DNA from: Micrococcus luteus NCTC 2665
Lineage (GTDB): Bacteria; Actinomycetota; Actinomycetes; Actinomycetales; Micrococcaceae
Assembly (NCBI RefSeq): GCF_000023205.1
Contig: NC_012803.1
Coordinates: 1,530,001 to 1,562,000 of the forward strand
DNA length: 32,000 nucleotides
Direction of reading: 5' to 3'
In this document: in pieces, positions 1 through 7,941 of the stretch
Layout: the number at the start of each line of letters is the position of its first letter
How positions within the stretch are numbered: position 1 is the stretch's first letter
Translations under genes and position numbers: made by a program
The notes under the pieces: generated by a model
The model's input: only the letters and a program-made list of their open reading frames with translations
Database searches by the model: none
What the model was told of the DNA's origin: nothing

Positions 1-248
1 GAGTTGGCGTGCTTCGGCGCCTCGCTCGAGCCCTTCTCGTAGCCCAGATGGCTGGTCAGCTCGGCCTGCAGGCCCCGCTCGAGCGCGGCCTTGACCAGCG
101 CGGGCACGAACCCGCCGTCACCGGTGAGCTCGACGCCGCCCGCGTCGATCTGCGCGAACAGGGCATCAAGCTGCCCTGAGGCTTTCAGCTGCTCGACCAG
201 GTCCTGGCCCGAGGGCTCGCCTGGGTTCTTCTCGTCGATCATGGTCAT
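1..248 (-). CDS. IS256-family (Mutator-like) transposase, N-terminal part; the gene runs off the left edge
   Basis: My translation of the minus strand from ATG at 248 is open to position 1: MTMIDEKNPGEPSGQDLVEQLKASGQLDALFAQIDAGGVELTGDGGFVPALVKAALERGLQAELTSHLGYEKGSSEAPKHAN. The GFVPxLVKxxLExxLxAELTxHLGYEK block is the typical N-terminal signature of IS256-family transposases. It is absent from the ORF track because it is edge-truncated. Confidence 0.75.
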   Translation of the reverse strand, partial: MTMIDEKNPGEPSGQDLVEQLKASGQLDALFAQIDAGGVELTGDGGFVPALVKAALERGLQAELTSHLGYEKGSSEAPKHAN

Positions 249-300
249 GATTCTTACCGTTCCTCTCGGTACGGCTTACACAGACCATCTGACACGCCCG
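1..300 (-). mobile_element. IS256-family insertion sequence, partial; one terminus lies at about 290-300
   Basis: The transposase starts at 248. The IS3 transposase homology it interrupts resumes by about 302, so the IS256 end must lie within 249-300. The minus-strand terminal sequence is GGGCGTGTCAGATGGTCTGTGTAAGCC. The exact end cannot be fixed because only one end is in the window. Confidence 0.5.
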
Positions 301-958
301 TGCGCGGCGGTCGAAGAGGGTCAAGACCACCCGGCCGGACCCGGCCTCGGCGCGGCACCCGGACCTCGTGAAGCGGGAGTTCACCGCGCCTGCCCCGAAC
401 CGGCTCTGGGTCACCGACCTGGCGTTCGTGCCGACGTGGGCCGGCGTCGCGTACGTCTGCTTCATCGTCGACGCGTTCAGCAGGATGATCGTAGGGTGGC
501 GGTGCGCGTCACACATGCGCACCGAGATGGTCCTCGACGCGATCGAGATGGCCCGCTGGTCCCGCGGCGCTCGCCACGAGGACCTGCGCTGTCACAGCGA
601 CGCGGGGTCTCAATTCACCTCCATTCGCTACGGCGAACGCCTCGCCGAGATCGGAGCGACACTGTCGATCGGGACCGTCGGGGACAGTTATGACAACGCC
701 CTGGCCGAGACCGTGAACGGCTATGACAAGGCCGAGCTCGTCCGCGGACCCGCACGGCCAGGTCCCTGGCGAACGGTCGAGGACCTCGAGCTCGCGACCC
801 TCGGGTGGGTGTCCTGGCACAACACGCAACGCCTCCACGGCTACCTCGGCGACGTCCCACCCGCCGAGTTCGAGGACACGTTCTATGCTGTCGAAGCCGG
901 CCGCGAACAGTTGTCGGAATCAAATAGCGCGAGTCTCCATCAGACCCAGGGCGCTTCA
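301..958 (+). mobile_element. IS3-family element remnant; right end proposed at 958
   Basis: The reverse complement of 913..958 reads TGAAGCGCCCTGGGTCTGATGGAGACTCGCG. It starts with TGAAG like IS3/IS911-type terminal repeats (TG...CA ends). The left part was destroyed by the IS256 insertion. No in-element stop codon remains, so the ORF reads out to 1027. Confidence 0.4.
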
Positions 959-1027
959 GGGCCAACGCTCTGGTCACCGACGAGATCGATTTTGGATCGA
1001 GCCGCTCGGCCACTGAGGACGTTCTGA
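302..1027 (+). pseudogene. IS3-family transposase OrfB (rve/DDE integrase core), 5'-truncated remnant
   Basis: The frame of ORF 368..1027 is open from 293 and reads ARRSKRVKTTRPDPASARHPDLVKREFTAPAPNRLWVTDLAFVPT...HSDAGSQFTS...DNALAETVNG...HNTQRLHGYLGDVPPAEFE. That is the IS3 OrfB catalytic core with a D-D-E triad. OrfA and the first ~100 residues of OrfB are missing, replaced by the IS256 end. Confidence 0.8.
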
Positions 1028-1115
1028 ATTCCCGGGGATATAAGTCGAGCCGAACGCCGAACCGTAGGGTCTGTCTCGATCAGTTTGTGCTAAGGAATAT
1101 GTCAGGCACGGAAAG

Positions 1116-1152
1116 AGGCCCAGGCGCTCCCCTCGAGGGAGTACCTGGGCCT
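1116..1152 (-). terminator. Hairpin downstream of tRNA-Pro (terminator-like)
   Basis: AGGCCCAGG (1116-1124) pairs with CCTGGGCCT (1144-1152), with an inner CTCCC/GGGAG pairing. On the minus strand it is followed by CTTTCC. Confidence 0.5.
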
Positions 1153-1198
1153 CATTCCATTTTCCCTCGTCAGATGCGGACTCTGACCCGTGGGAACG

Positions 1199-1275
1199 TG
1201 GTCGGGCTAGCGGGATTTGAACCCACGACCTCTTGACCCCCAGTCAAGCGCGCTACCAAGCTGCGCCATAGCCCG
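1199..1275 (-). tRNA. tRNA-Pro (anticodon GGG), CCA encoded
   Basis: The minus strand reads CGGGCTATGGCGCAGCTTGGTAGCGCGCTTGACTGGGGGTCAAGAGGTCGTGGGTTCAAATCCCGCTAGCCCGACCA. It folds by hand into a cloverleaf: 7-bp acceptor, GCGC D stem, CTTGA/TCAAG anticodon stem, loop CTGGGGG (anticodon GGG, G37), GTGGG/CCCGC T stem and a TTCAAAT loop. Confidence 0.95.
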
Positions 1276-1651
1276 TGGCGAATCGCGGTCATCCGCGCTT
1301 CAGCACCCCACGAGCATACCCCACCCGCACCGCCGGACGCGAATCCGGAGCGGGCCGGCCGGGCCGTCGTCGTCAGGGGCGAACGGCGCGACACTACCGG
1401 AACGTGAACAAGGGGCCCACGTCCTCTTCACAGACGTGAACCCCTCATCCCTTGACCGAGGGCCACCCGACCGAGAGTCCCCCAGCGACCGCGGCCCCGG
1501 CGCACCGGTGGGCCTGGCGGTCTGCACGAACCCTCTCATGACTGAGGGTGCAGTCGTGCACGGGTGAAGCGTAACACGCTGAGCCGCTCCGATCCGCCGT
1601 TCCGGGCGGGTCGAAGAGGCGTGTCGGGGGGCATAGATCCCCGTGGGAGGG

Positions 1652-2131
1652 TCAGTACGTGAAGGTCCGGTCCCCCACGCGGAATTCGACGTCCTTCAGG
1701 TCCGGGATGGCGTTGCGGGCCTGCTCCGCCGCCTCCCGCATCGTCTCCTCGAGGACCTGGGGATCGGCCTCGAGCAGGGACTGGCCGTACTCGATGACCA
1801 CCTTCCCGTCCTCCCGGAGGGCCTCGACGTCGACGATGTCCGAACCGGAGGGCAGGGATCGCGTCAGGTCCTCGACGACCTCGGCGGCGCGCTGGTCCGC
1901 CTCTGCGAGGGCGTCCTCGGCCTCCTGGCGCAGCTGCCCCAGGTCCACGCGGTCCGACGCGTCCGCCTCCAGCTCGCTGATCCGGTCCTCGGCCTGGGCG
2001 AGCCGGTCCTCCGCGCTCTGCAGCGCGGCCCGGGTCTCACCGTCGTCGACCGCGCAGCCGGATGCGGCCAGCGCGAGCGCGGCCAGGGTGGCCAGGGACA
2101 GGGCGGCGGGGCGACGTCGGATGAGGCTCAT
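1652..2131 (-). CDS. Putative secreted lipoprotein, acidic and coiled-coil-like, function unknown
   Basis: 159 aa. The N-terminus MSLIRRRPAALSLATLAALALAASGC has a signal peptide and a lipobox (LAASGC). A GAGGG Shine-Dalgarno lies upstream of the ATG at 2131. The remainder is rich in Glu, Asp and Ala. Confidence 0.7.
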   Translation of the reverse strand: MSLIRRRPAALSLATLAALALAASGCAVDDGETRAALQSAEDRLAQAEDRISELEADASDRVDLGQLRQEAEDALAEADQRAAEVVEDLTRSLPSGSDIVDVEALREDGKVVIEYGQSLLEADPQVLEETMREAAEQARNAIPDLKDVEFRVGDRTFTY

Positions 2132-2181
2132 GCCCTCAGGCTACGCGGCGAAGGTGGACGAACGGTGGGAGCGTGCCGGGA

Positions 2182-2222
2182 CGACGACGTCCCCCGACGC
2201 GGGTGGTCGAGGGACGTCGTCG
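2182..2222 (-). terminator. Hairpin after der (terminator-like, no U-tract)
   Basis: CGACGACGTCCC (2182-2193) pairs with GGGACGTCGTCG (2211-2222), with a 17-nt loop. It lies between the der stop (2236) and the lipoprotein start (2131). Confidence 0.4.
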
Positions 2223-2235
2223 GGGCGGGGCCGGA

Positions 2236-3774
2236 TCAGCGGCGGCGGCCGCGCTTCTCGCGCACGCGCATCCCGATCTCGAGGGGCGTGCCCTCGAACC
2301 CGAACGTCTCGCGCAGGCGGCGCACGATGAACCGGCGGTAGCCGGGGTCCAGGAACCCGGTGGTGAACAGCACGAACTTGGGCGGCCGGCTCGAGACCTG
2401 GGTCGCGAACAGGATGCGGGGCTGCTTGCCGCCGCGCAGCGGGTGCGGGTGAGCCGCCACGAGCTCGCCGAGGAACGCGTTGAGCTTGCCCGTGGGGATG
2501 CGGGTGTCCCACGAGTCCAGGGCGAGGTCCAGCGCGGGGACGAGACGGTCCTTGTGCCAGCCGGTCTTCGCGGAGATGTTCACGCGCGGCGCCCAGGCGA
2601 CGTGTGCCAGGTCCCGGTCGATCTCCTTGGCCAGCTGGTGCCGGCGGTCCTCATCCACCTGGTCCCACTTGTTGAACGCGATCACGAGGGCGCGCCCGGA
2701 GTCCAGGACCATCTGGAGGATGCGCACGTCCTGCTCCGAGATCACCTGCGGCGCCTCGAGCAGCACCACGGCCACCTCGGCACGGTCCAGGGCGGAGGCC
2801 GTGCGCAGCGACGCGTAGTAGTCGGCGCCGTGGGCCATGTGCTGCCGCCGGCGGATGCCGGCGGTGTCCACGAAGCGCCACAGCCGTCCGCCGAGCTCCA
2901 CGAGCTCGTCCACGGGGTCGCGCGTGGTGCCGGCCAGGTCGTCCACCACCACGCGGTCCGAGCCGGCCAGCTTGTTCAGCAGCGAGGACTTGCCCACGTT
3001 CGGCCGGCCCACGAGGGCGATCCGGCGCGGGCCGCCGCGCGGCACGAGACCGCCGTGGGCGGACTCCTCCGGCAGCGCCTCGAGGGCGGCGTCCAACAGG
3101 TCCGCGACGCCGCGGCCGTGCACCGCGGACACCGGGTACGGGTAGCCGAAGCCGAGCGACCACAGGGTGGCGGCGTCGGCCTCCTGGACCATGTCGTCCA
3201 CCTTGTTGGCGGCCACGATCACCGGGCGGTCCTTGCGACGCAGCATCGAGACCACGGCCTCGTCCGTGGCCGTCATGCCGACGGTGGCGTCCACCACGAA
3301 CACGACGGCGTCCGCCACGTCCACGGCCAGCTCGGCCTGCTCGGCCACGCGACGGTGGATGCCCTTGGCGTCGTGCTCCCAGCCGCCGGTATCCACCACG
3401 GTGAACTCGCGGCCGTTCCACTCGGCGTCGTAGGAGACGCGGTCGCGCGTCACGCCGGGCACGTCCTCCACGACGGCCTCACGACGGCCGATGATGCGGT
3501 TGACGAGCGTGGACTTGCCGACGTTCGGCCGGCCCACGATGGCCAGCACGGGCGGCACGGGCGCGTCGAGGTCCTCGTCGGGCCCGAGCTGCCACGCGTC
3601 GAGGAGGGCGGCGTCGTCCTCCTCGAGCTCGTAGTCGGCCAGGCCGGCGCGCAACGACGCGGCACGCGCCTCGGCCTCCTCCTCGGTCATGGCGGCGAGC
3701 CGCTCGGCCACCTGATCGTCGCCGGCGGGGACGAACTCGTCCTCACCGGAGCGGTGCTGGGGGTTCTCGGTCAT
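2236..3774 (-). CDS. der: Ribosome-biogenesis GTPase Der (EngA), with an acidic ~75-aa N-terminal extension
   Basis: 512 aa with two tandem GTPase domains ([13 protein letters not shown]... and [13 protein letters not shown]...) and a KH-like C-terminus. It overlaps the cmk stop by ATGA (3771-3774). Confidence 0.95.
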   Translation of the reverse strand: MTENPQHRSGEDEFVPAGDDQVAERLAAMTEEEAEARAASLRAGLADYELEEDDAALLDAWQLGPDEDLDAPVPPVLAIVGRPNVGKSTLVNRIIGRREAVVEDVPGVTRDRVSYDAEWNGREFTVVDTGGWEHDAKGIHRRVAEQAELAVDVADAVVFVVDATVGMTATDEAVVSMLRRKDRPVIVAANKVDDMVQEADAATLWSLGFGYPYPVSAVHGRGVADLLDAALEALPEESAHGGLVPRGGPRRIALVGRPNVGKSSLLNKLAGSDRVVVDDLAGTTRDPVDELVELGGRLWRFVDTAGIRRRQHMAHGADYYASLRTASALDRAEVAVVLLEAPQVISEQDVRILQMVLDSGRALVIAFNKWDQVDEDRRHQLAKEIDRDLAHVAWAPRVNISAKTGWHKDRLVPALDLALDSWDTRIPTGKLNAFLGELVAAHPHPLRGGKQPRILFATQVSSRPPKFVLFTTGFLDPGYRRFIVRRLRETFGFEGTPLEIGMRVREKRGRRR

Positions 3775-4502
3775 CGTCGGCCTCCCTTCACGGCCGGGAT
3801 GCCGGCCTGGTCCTCGACGGCGGCCAGGACGGCCGCCACGGTCTGCTCGAAGTCGAGCTCGGTGGAGTCCACGAGCGCCACCCCGTCGGCGGGGCGGTCG
3901 AACGTGGACACGGTGGCGTCGCGGGCGTCGCGCCCGGCCACCTGACGGTGCAGCGTGCCGGCGTCGACGCCGGTCTCCCCCGCCGCGGCCAGCTGGCCCG
4001 AGCGGCGGGCGGTGCGCACGGCCTCGGACGCCGTGAGCAGCACGCGCGCGTGGGCGTCCGGGGCCACCACCGTGGTGATGTCGCGGCCCTCGGCGACCAT
4101 CCGGCCCGCGGCGGCGATCGCCGCCCGCTGGCGGCGGTGCAGCTCCTCGCGCACCGGGATGACCACGGCGACGGTGGAGACCGTGTCCGTGACCTCGGGG
4201 CCGCGGATCGCCTCGGTGACGTCCGTGCCGCCGACCCGCACGGCCTCGACGTCCGGGTCGGTGGACTGGTCCAGGTCCATGGCGACGGCGGCCGCCGCCA
4301 CGGCCTCCGCATCGGCCAGGTCGACGCCCTCGTGCAGGCAGTGCCAGGCCACGGCGCGGTACATGGCGCCGGTGTCCAGGTACGCCGCGCCGAGACGCCG
4401 GGCCACGACCTTGGACACGGACGACTTGCCCGAGCCCGAGGGCCCGTCCACCGCCACCACGAGCGGCGCGTGTGCGACGTCGTCGCGGGTGTGCTCGGTC
4501 AT
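3771..4502 (-). CDS. cmk: Cytidylate kinase
   Basis: 243 aa. It contains [36 protein letters not shown] (P-loop and Cmk signature) and shows the conserved cmk-der adjacency. Confidence 0.95.
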   Translation of the reverse strand: MTEHTRDDVAHAPLVVAVDGPSGSGKSSVSKVVARRLGAAYLDTGAMYRAVAWHCLHEGVDLADAEAVAAAAVAMDLDQSTDPDVEAVRVGGTDVTEAIRGPEVTDTVSTVAVVIPVREELHRRQRAAIAAAGRMVAEGRDITTVVAPDAHARVLLTASEAVRTARRSGQLAAAGETGVDAGTLHRQVAGRDARDATVSTFDRPADGVALVDSTELDFEQTVAAVLAAVEDQAGIPAVKGGRR

Positions 4503-4503
4503 C

Positions 4504-5664
4504 TCAGACCACCTTCCATCCGGCGGCGGTCAGCGCCGCCACGAGTTCGTCCCTGCGGCCGGGCAGCACGGAGATCTCCACCATGCCGACCCGGTGGCCC
4601 GAGGCGTGCTCGAGCCGCAGGTCCTCCACGTTCACGTCCGTGCGGCCGACCTCGTCGAGGAGGGCCGCGATCTGCCCGGGGGCGTCGTCCACGATCACCG
4701 TGACCACCGCGAACGCCTGCGGCGGCGCCCCGTGCTTGCCGGGCACCCGTGCCCGACCGGCGTTGCCCTCGGCGATCAGCTGCGCCATGTCCAGCCGCGC
4801 CCCGGGGGCGGAGGGGTCCTCCAGGGTGCGGATCAGCCGGTCCAGGTCCGCCCGCAGCCCGTGCAGCGCCGGCACGATCCGCCCGGCGTTGCCGGAGAGG
4901 ATCTGCACCCACAGCTGCGGGTCCGACGCCGCGATCCGGGTGGTGTCCCGCAGCCCGTTGCCGGCCAGGGCGAGCGCCTGGTCCGGGGTGTCCTGCAGGC
5001 GGGAGGCCACGAGCGAGGCGGCGATCTGCGGCAGGTGCGAGATCAGCGCGACCGATTCGTCGTGGGCGCGGGCGGCCATCCGGTACGGGGTGGCCTGCAG
5101 CGTCCGCGCGAGCGCCCGACCGGCCGCGAGGGCGCCCGGGTGGGTCGTGTCCGTCGGGCACAGCACCCACGGCGCCTGCGTGAACAGGGTGCCGCGGGCC
5201 GCCACGGGGCCGGACCGCTCGGAGCCGGCCATCGGGTGCGTCCCGAGGTACCGGTCGGCGTCCTGCGGGGCCAGGCGGGCCTCGTCGACGGCGGCGCGCA
5301 CGCCCGCGGCGACCGCCTCCTTCACCGAGGCGATGTCCACCACCACGGCCGCGGGCCAGCGGCGCAGCGAGTCCACCACGACGTCGGCGGTCACGTCCGG
5401 CGGCGCGGCCACGACGACGAGGCCCGGGGCGGCGTCGAGGTCGTCGCCCTCGGCGTCCAGGCGGGCGGGGCGTCCGGCGCGGATGTCCGCGGCCACGGCC
5501 AGGGCGGCGTGCGAGGGGTCGTGCAGGCGCACGTCCACACCGGCCGCGCTCAGCCCGATGCCGATCGAGGTGCCCAGCAGACCGGTCCCCCGGACGAGGA
5601 CGGGCTGCGGGATCCCGGCCGGGCCGTCACCGAGCGCGGCGGCGGACTCGGCGGGCGCGCTCAC
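4504..5664 (-). CDS. tyrA: Prephenate dehydrogenase with a C-terminal ACT domain
   Basis: This is the C-terminal 386 codons of track ORF 4504..6756, starting VSAPAESAAALGDGPAGIPQPVLVRGTGLLGTSIGIGL (Rossmann GxGxxG). It also has ...GTHPMAGSE... and the ACT-like tail VTVIVDDAPGQIAALLDEVG. GTG at 5664 overlaps the rluB stop (GTGA). The upstream 364 codons of that ORF overlap rluB in another frame and are an artefact. Confidence 0.85.
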   Translation of the reverse strand: MSAPAESAAALGDGPAGIPQPVLVRGTGLLGTSIGIGLSAAGVDVRLHDPSHAALAVAADIRAGRPARLDAEGDDLDAAPGLVVVAAPPDVTADVVVDSLRRWPAAVVVDIASVKEAVAAGVRAAVDEARLAPQDADRYLGTHPMAGSERSGPVAARGTLFTQAPWVLCPTDTTHPGALAAGRALARTLQATPYRMAARAHDESVALISHLPQIAASLVASRLQDTPDQALALAGNGLRDTTRIAASDPQLWVQILSGNAGRIVPALHGLRADLDRLIRTLEDPSAPGARLDMAQLIAEGNAGRARVPGKHGAPPQAFAVVTVIVDDAPGQIAALLDEVGRTDVNVEDLRLEHASGHRVGMVEISVLPGRRDELVAALTAAGWKVV

Positions 5665-6617
5665 AGGCCGACCAGGGCCTTGAGGTGGCCCAGCTCCTGC
5701 GCGTTGAGCGCGCGGACGGTGCCCTGCTTCTGGTCGCCCAGCAGGATGGGGCCCACCTTGACGCGGACGAGCCGCTCGACCGGGTGGCCGATCTCCTGGA
5801 ACATGCGGCGCACGATGCGGTTCTTGCCCGAGTGCAGCACGACCTCGACGAGCACGTGGCCCGGCGTCGAGTCGACGAGCTTGAACGAGTCCACCTGCGC
5901 CACGCCGTCCTCCAGCTCCACGCCCTCGCGCAGCCGGTTCGAGACGCCCTTGGCCAGCGGGCCGCGGGTCTGCACCACGTAGGTCTTGGGGACCTCGTAG
6001 CTGGGGTGGGTGAGGCGGTTGGCCAGCTCGCCGTCGTTGGTGAGGATGAGCAGGCCCTCGGTCTCGTTGTCCAGACGGCCCACGTGGAACAGGTGCTCCT
6101 GCCCGGGCTTGAGGTAGGTGGCGATCGAGGGCCTGCCCTCGGGGTCCACCATCGTGGAGATCACGCCGCGGGGCTTGTTGAAGACGAAGTACTGCTTGGT
6201 CACGTCCGTCTGCACGGAGATGCCGTCCACCCGGATCACGGCCGTGGCCGGGTCCACGCGCACGCCGGGCTCGGTGACGACGACGCCGTCCACCTCCACG
6301 CGGCCCTCGGCGATGAGGTCCTCGCTCACGCGCCGGGACGCCACACCCGCCGCGGCCAGCACCTTCTGCAGACGCTCGCCCGACTCGTCGTGGATGCGGT
6401 CGAGGTGGGCGGCCTTGGCCCGGGCGGCGCCGGCGCCGCGGCCGCGGCGACCGCGGGTGCGCGGCACGGCGTCCTCGTCGAAGGGGGCCTCCTCGCGGGG
6501 GCCGGCGGCGCCGCGGCGGGCACCGATCTGTCGCTGGTAGTCGCGCTCCTGGAACGGGCCGCCCCGTCGACCGACGGCGGGGGTGCGTCCGGAGCCTCGC
6601 GGCTTGCGGGAGTTCAT
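5661..6617 (-). CDS. rluB: 23S rRNA pseudouridine synthase (RluB/RsuA family) with an S4 domain and an Arg/Gly-rich N-terminus
   Basis: Contains ERLQKVLAAAGVASRRVSEDLIAEGRVEVDG (S4) and HVGRLDNETEGLLILTNDG (catalytic Asp motif). I prefer the ATG at 6617 (MNSRKPRG) because GAAAGGA lies upstream. The track start at 6647 is also possible. Confidence 0.85.
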   Translation of the reverse strand: MNSRKPRGSGRTPAVGRRGGPFQERDYQRQIGARRGAAGPREEAPFDEDAVPRTRGRRGRGAGAARAKAAHLDRIHDESGERLQKVLAAAGVASRRVSEDLIAEGRVEVDGVVVTEPGVRVDPATAVIRVDGISVQTDVTKQYFVFNKPRGVISTMVDPEGRPSIATYLKPGQEHLFHVGRLDNETEGLLILTNDGELANRLTHPSYEVPKTYVVQTRGPLAKGVSNRLREGVELEDGVAQVDSFKLVDSTPGHVLVEVVLHSGKNRIVRRMFQEIGHPVERLVRVKVGPILLGDQKQGTVRALNAQELGHLKALVGL

Positions 6618-6784
6618 GGGGAGGGCGTCCTTTCGGGTGCGCGTCAACGGCGCCGGTCGGGCCGGCGGCGGACGGGTCAGGGGGTGAGGGACGGCCCGGA
6701 GACGGACACGCCCGGCTCCATTCTCGCAGATCGGCGGCGTCGCGTCTCCCGGCCACCGCTCCCCCGGCCGCGAGCGCGCAGAGA

Positions 6785-6817
6785 GCCGGCCCGGTCCCGC
6801 GACGGGACCGGGCCGGC
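6785..6817 (-). terminator. Strong GC hairpin directly after parA
   Basis: GCCGGCCCGGTCCC (6785-6798) pairs perfectly with GGGACCGGGCCGGC (6804-6817), giving a 14-15 bp stem and a 3-5 nt loop. It lies 23 bp downstream of the parA stop and is followed on the minus strand by TCTCT. Confidence 0.6.
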
Positions 6818-6839
6818 GTCGTCGGCGGTCAGCGGACGG

Positions 6840-7823
6840 TCACGGCGCGCCGCCGCGGCAGATCAGCTCGCGGGCGAGCTGCCGGTAGGCCTTGGCGCCG
6901 TCGTGGTTCTCGGCGAACAGGGTGATGGGCGTGGCCGCCACCGTGGCGTCGGCGAACTTGATGGACCGCTTGATGACGGTCTCGAACACGCGGTCCCCGA
7001 AGCCGGCCACCAGCGAGCCCACGACCTCCTTGGAGTGCAGGGTCCGCTGGTCGAACATCGTGGCCAGCACGCCGTCGATCTCCAGGTCCGGGTTGAGCCG
7101 GTCCTGCACCTTCTCGATCGTCTCGACGAGCAGGGCGACCGCGCGCAGCGCGAAGAACTCGGCGGTCAGCGGGATGATCACGCCGTGGGAGGCGGTCAGC
7201 GCGTTGACGGTCAGCAGGCCCAGCGAGGGCTGGCAGTCGATGAGGACCACGTCGTAGTCGTCGCGGACCTGGCGCAGCGCGCGCTCGAGGACCTGCTCGC
7301 GGGCCACCTCGTTGACGAGCTGCACCTCGGCCGCGGACAGGTCGATGTTGGCCGGAAGCAGGTCCATGTTCTCGAAGTCCGTGGGCAGGATCGCGTCCTT
7401 CGCGGTCACCGACCGCTCCATGAGCACGTTGTACACCGTGGTGTCGAGCTCGTGCGGGTTCGCACCCAGGCCGGCCGAGAGGGCGCCCTGCGGGTCGAAG
7501 TCCACCATGAGCACCCTGCGGCCGTAGCCCGCGAGCGCGGCGCCCAGGTTGATGGTGGAGGTCGTCTTCCCGACGCCGCCCTTCTGGTTCACCATCGAGA
7601 TGATCCGCGCCGGGCCGTGCGAGGTCAGGGGCGCGGGCTCGGGGAAGTCGTGCTTGGGCCGGCCGGTGGGCCCGAGCACGGGCTCGCCGTGGATGGTCAT
7701 CACGGGGATCGGTTCTCTCGAGGTCACGGCGGCGCCGGCTCCTTCCACGGTGGTCTGCACGCCCGGCCGCGGGCCGCGGCGCGCCGCGGCCGCCGTCGTC
7801 GGCGTGTCCGGATCTTCCCCCAC
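6840..7823 (-). CDS. parA: ParA/Soj-family chromosome-partitioning ATPase (Rv1708-like)
   Basis: 327 aa with the deviant Walker A NQKGGVGKTTSTINLGAALA, then ...MVDFDPQG...VLIDCQPSLGLLT. The start is uncertain: GTG at 7823 (track) or ATG at 7700. Confidence 0.9.
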   Translation of the reverse strand: MGEDPDTPTTAAAARRGPRPGVQTTVEGAGAAVTSREPIPVMTIHGEPVLGPTGRPKHDFPEPAPLTSHGPARIISMVNQKGGVGKTTSTINLGAALAGYGRRVLMVDFDPQGALSAGLGANPHELDTTVYNVLMERSVTAKDAILPTDFENMDLLPANIDLSAAEVQLVNEVAREQVLERALRQVRDDYDVVLIDCQPSLGLLTVNALTASHGVIIPLTAEFFALRAVALLVETIEKVQDRLNPDLEIDGVLATMFDQRTLHSKEVVGSLVAGFGDRVFETVIKRSIKFADATVAATPITLFAENHDGAKAYRQLARELICRGGAP

Positions 7824-7849
7824 CCTAGTGCCTGCCGTTCCCAGGACGA

Positions 7850-7899
7850 CGGCGACGCCGGGGACGGGCCTGTGTCCAGGCTCGTCCCCGGCGTCGCCG
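7850..7899 (-). terminator. Long hairpin after dctA, upstream of parA
   Basis: CGGCGACGCCGGGGA (7850-7864) pairs with TCCCCGGCGTCGCCG (7885-7899), a 15-bp perfect stem with an inner GCCTG/CAGGC pairing. It lies 43 bp downstream of the dctA stop. Confidence 0.55.
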
Positions 7900-7941
7900 G
7901 TGGTCGACGGTGCGGCGTGCCGCGCGGGCCCGCCGCCTCCG

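Noticed and set aside
1066-1100. GGGTCTGTCTCGATCAGTTTGTGC resembles the IS256 terminal sequence GGTCTGTGTAAGCC at about 270-283, so it could be a solo IS256-type inverted repeat.
   Set aside because: The similarity is limited to about 8 nt (GGTCTGT). No partner repeat or transposase remnant is adjacent. I cannot support this without the element's other end.
1402-1441. ACGTGAAC repeats as possible parS sites (consensus tGTTTCACGTGAAACa).
   Set aside because: Only part of one half-site matches (CGTGAAC against CGTGAAAC). There is no palindromic partner. The repeats are direct, not a 16-bp palindrome.
2173-3945. Long plus-strand ORF (590 aa) antisense to der and cmk. Similar giant antisense or out-of-frame ORFs occur at 3955..5982, 5685..7982, 7549..9471, 9002..11272, 9868..11808, 11810..14728 (its N-terminal part), 14470..16032, 18419..20392, 22095..23882 and 25020..28049.
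   Set aside because: Their translations are low-complexity Arg/Gly/Ala/Pro/His strings with no recognisable motifs. They overlap genes whose products are unmistakable on the other strand or frame. Stop-free antisense frames are expected in DNA this GC-rich.
4504-6756. Track ORF of 750 aa that would fuse an N-terminal Arg/Pro-rich region to prephenate dehydrogenase.
   Set aside because: The first 364 codons overlap rluB in another frame and look like composition artefact. The TyrA homology starts at the GTG at 5664, which overlaps the rluB stop.
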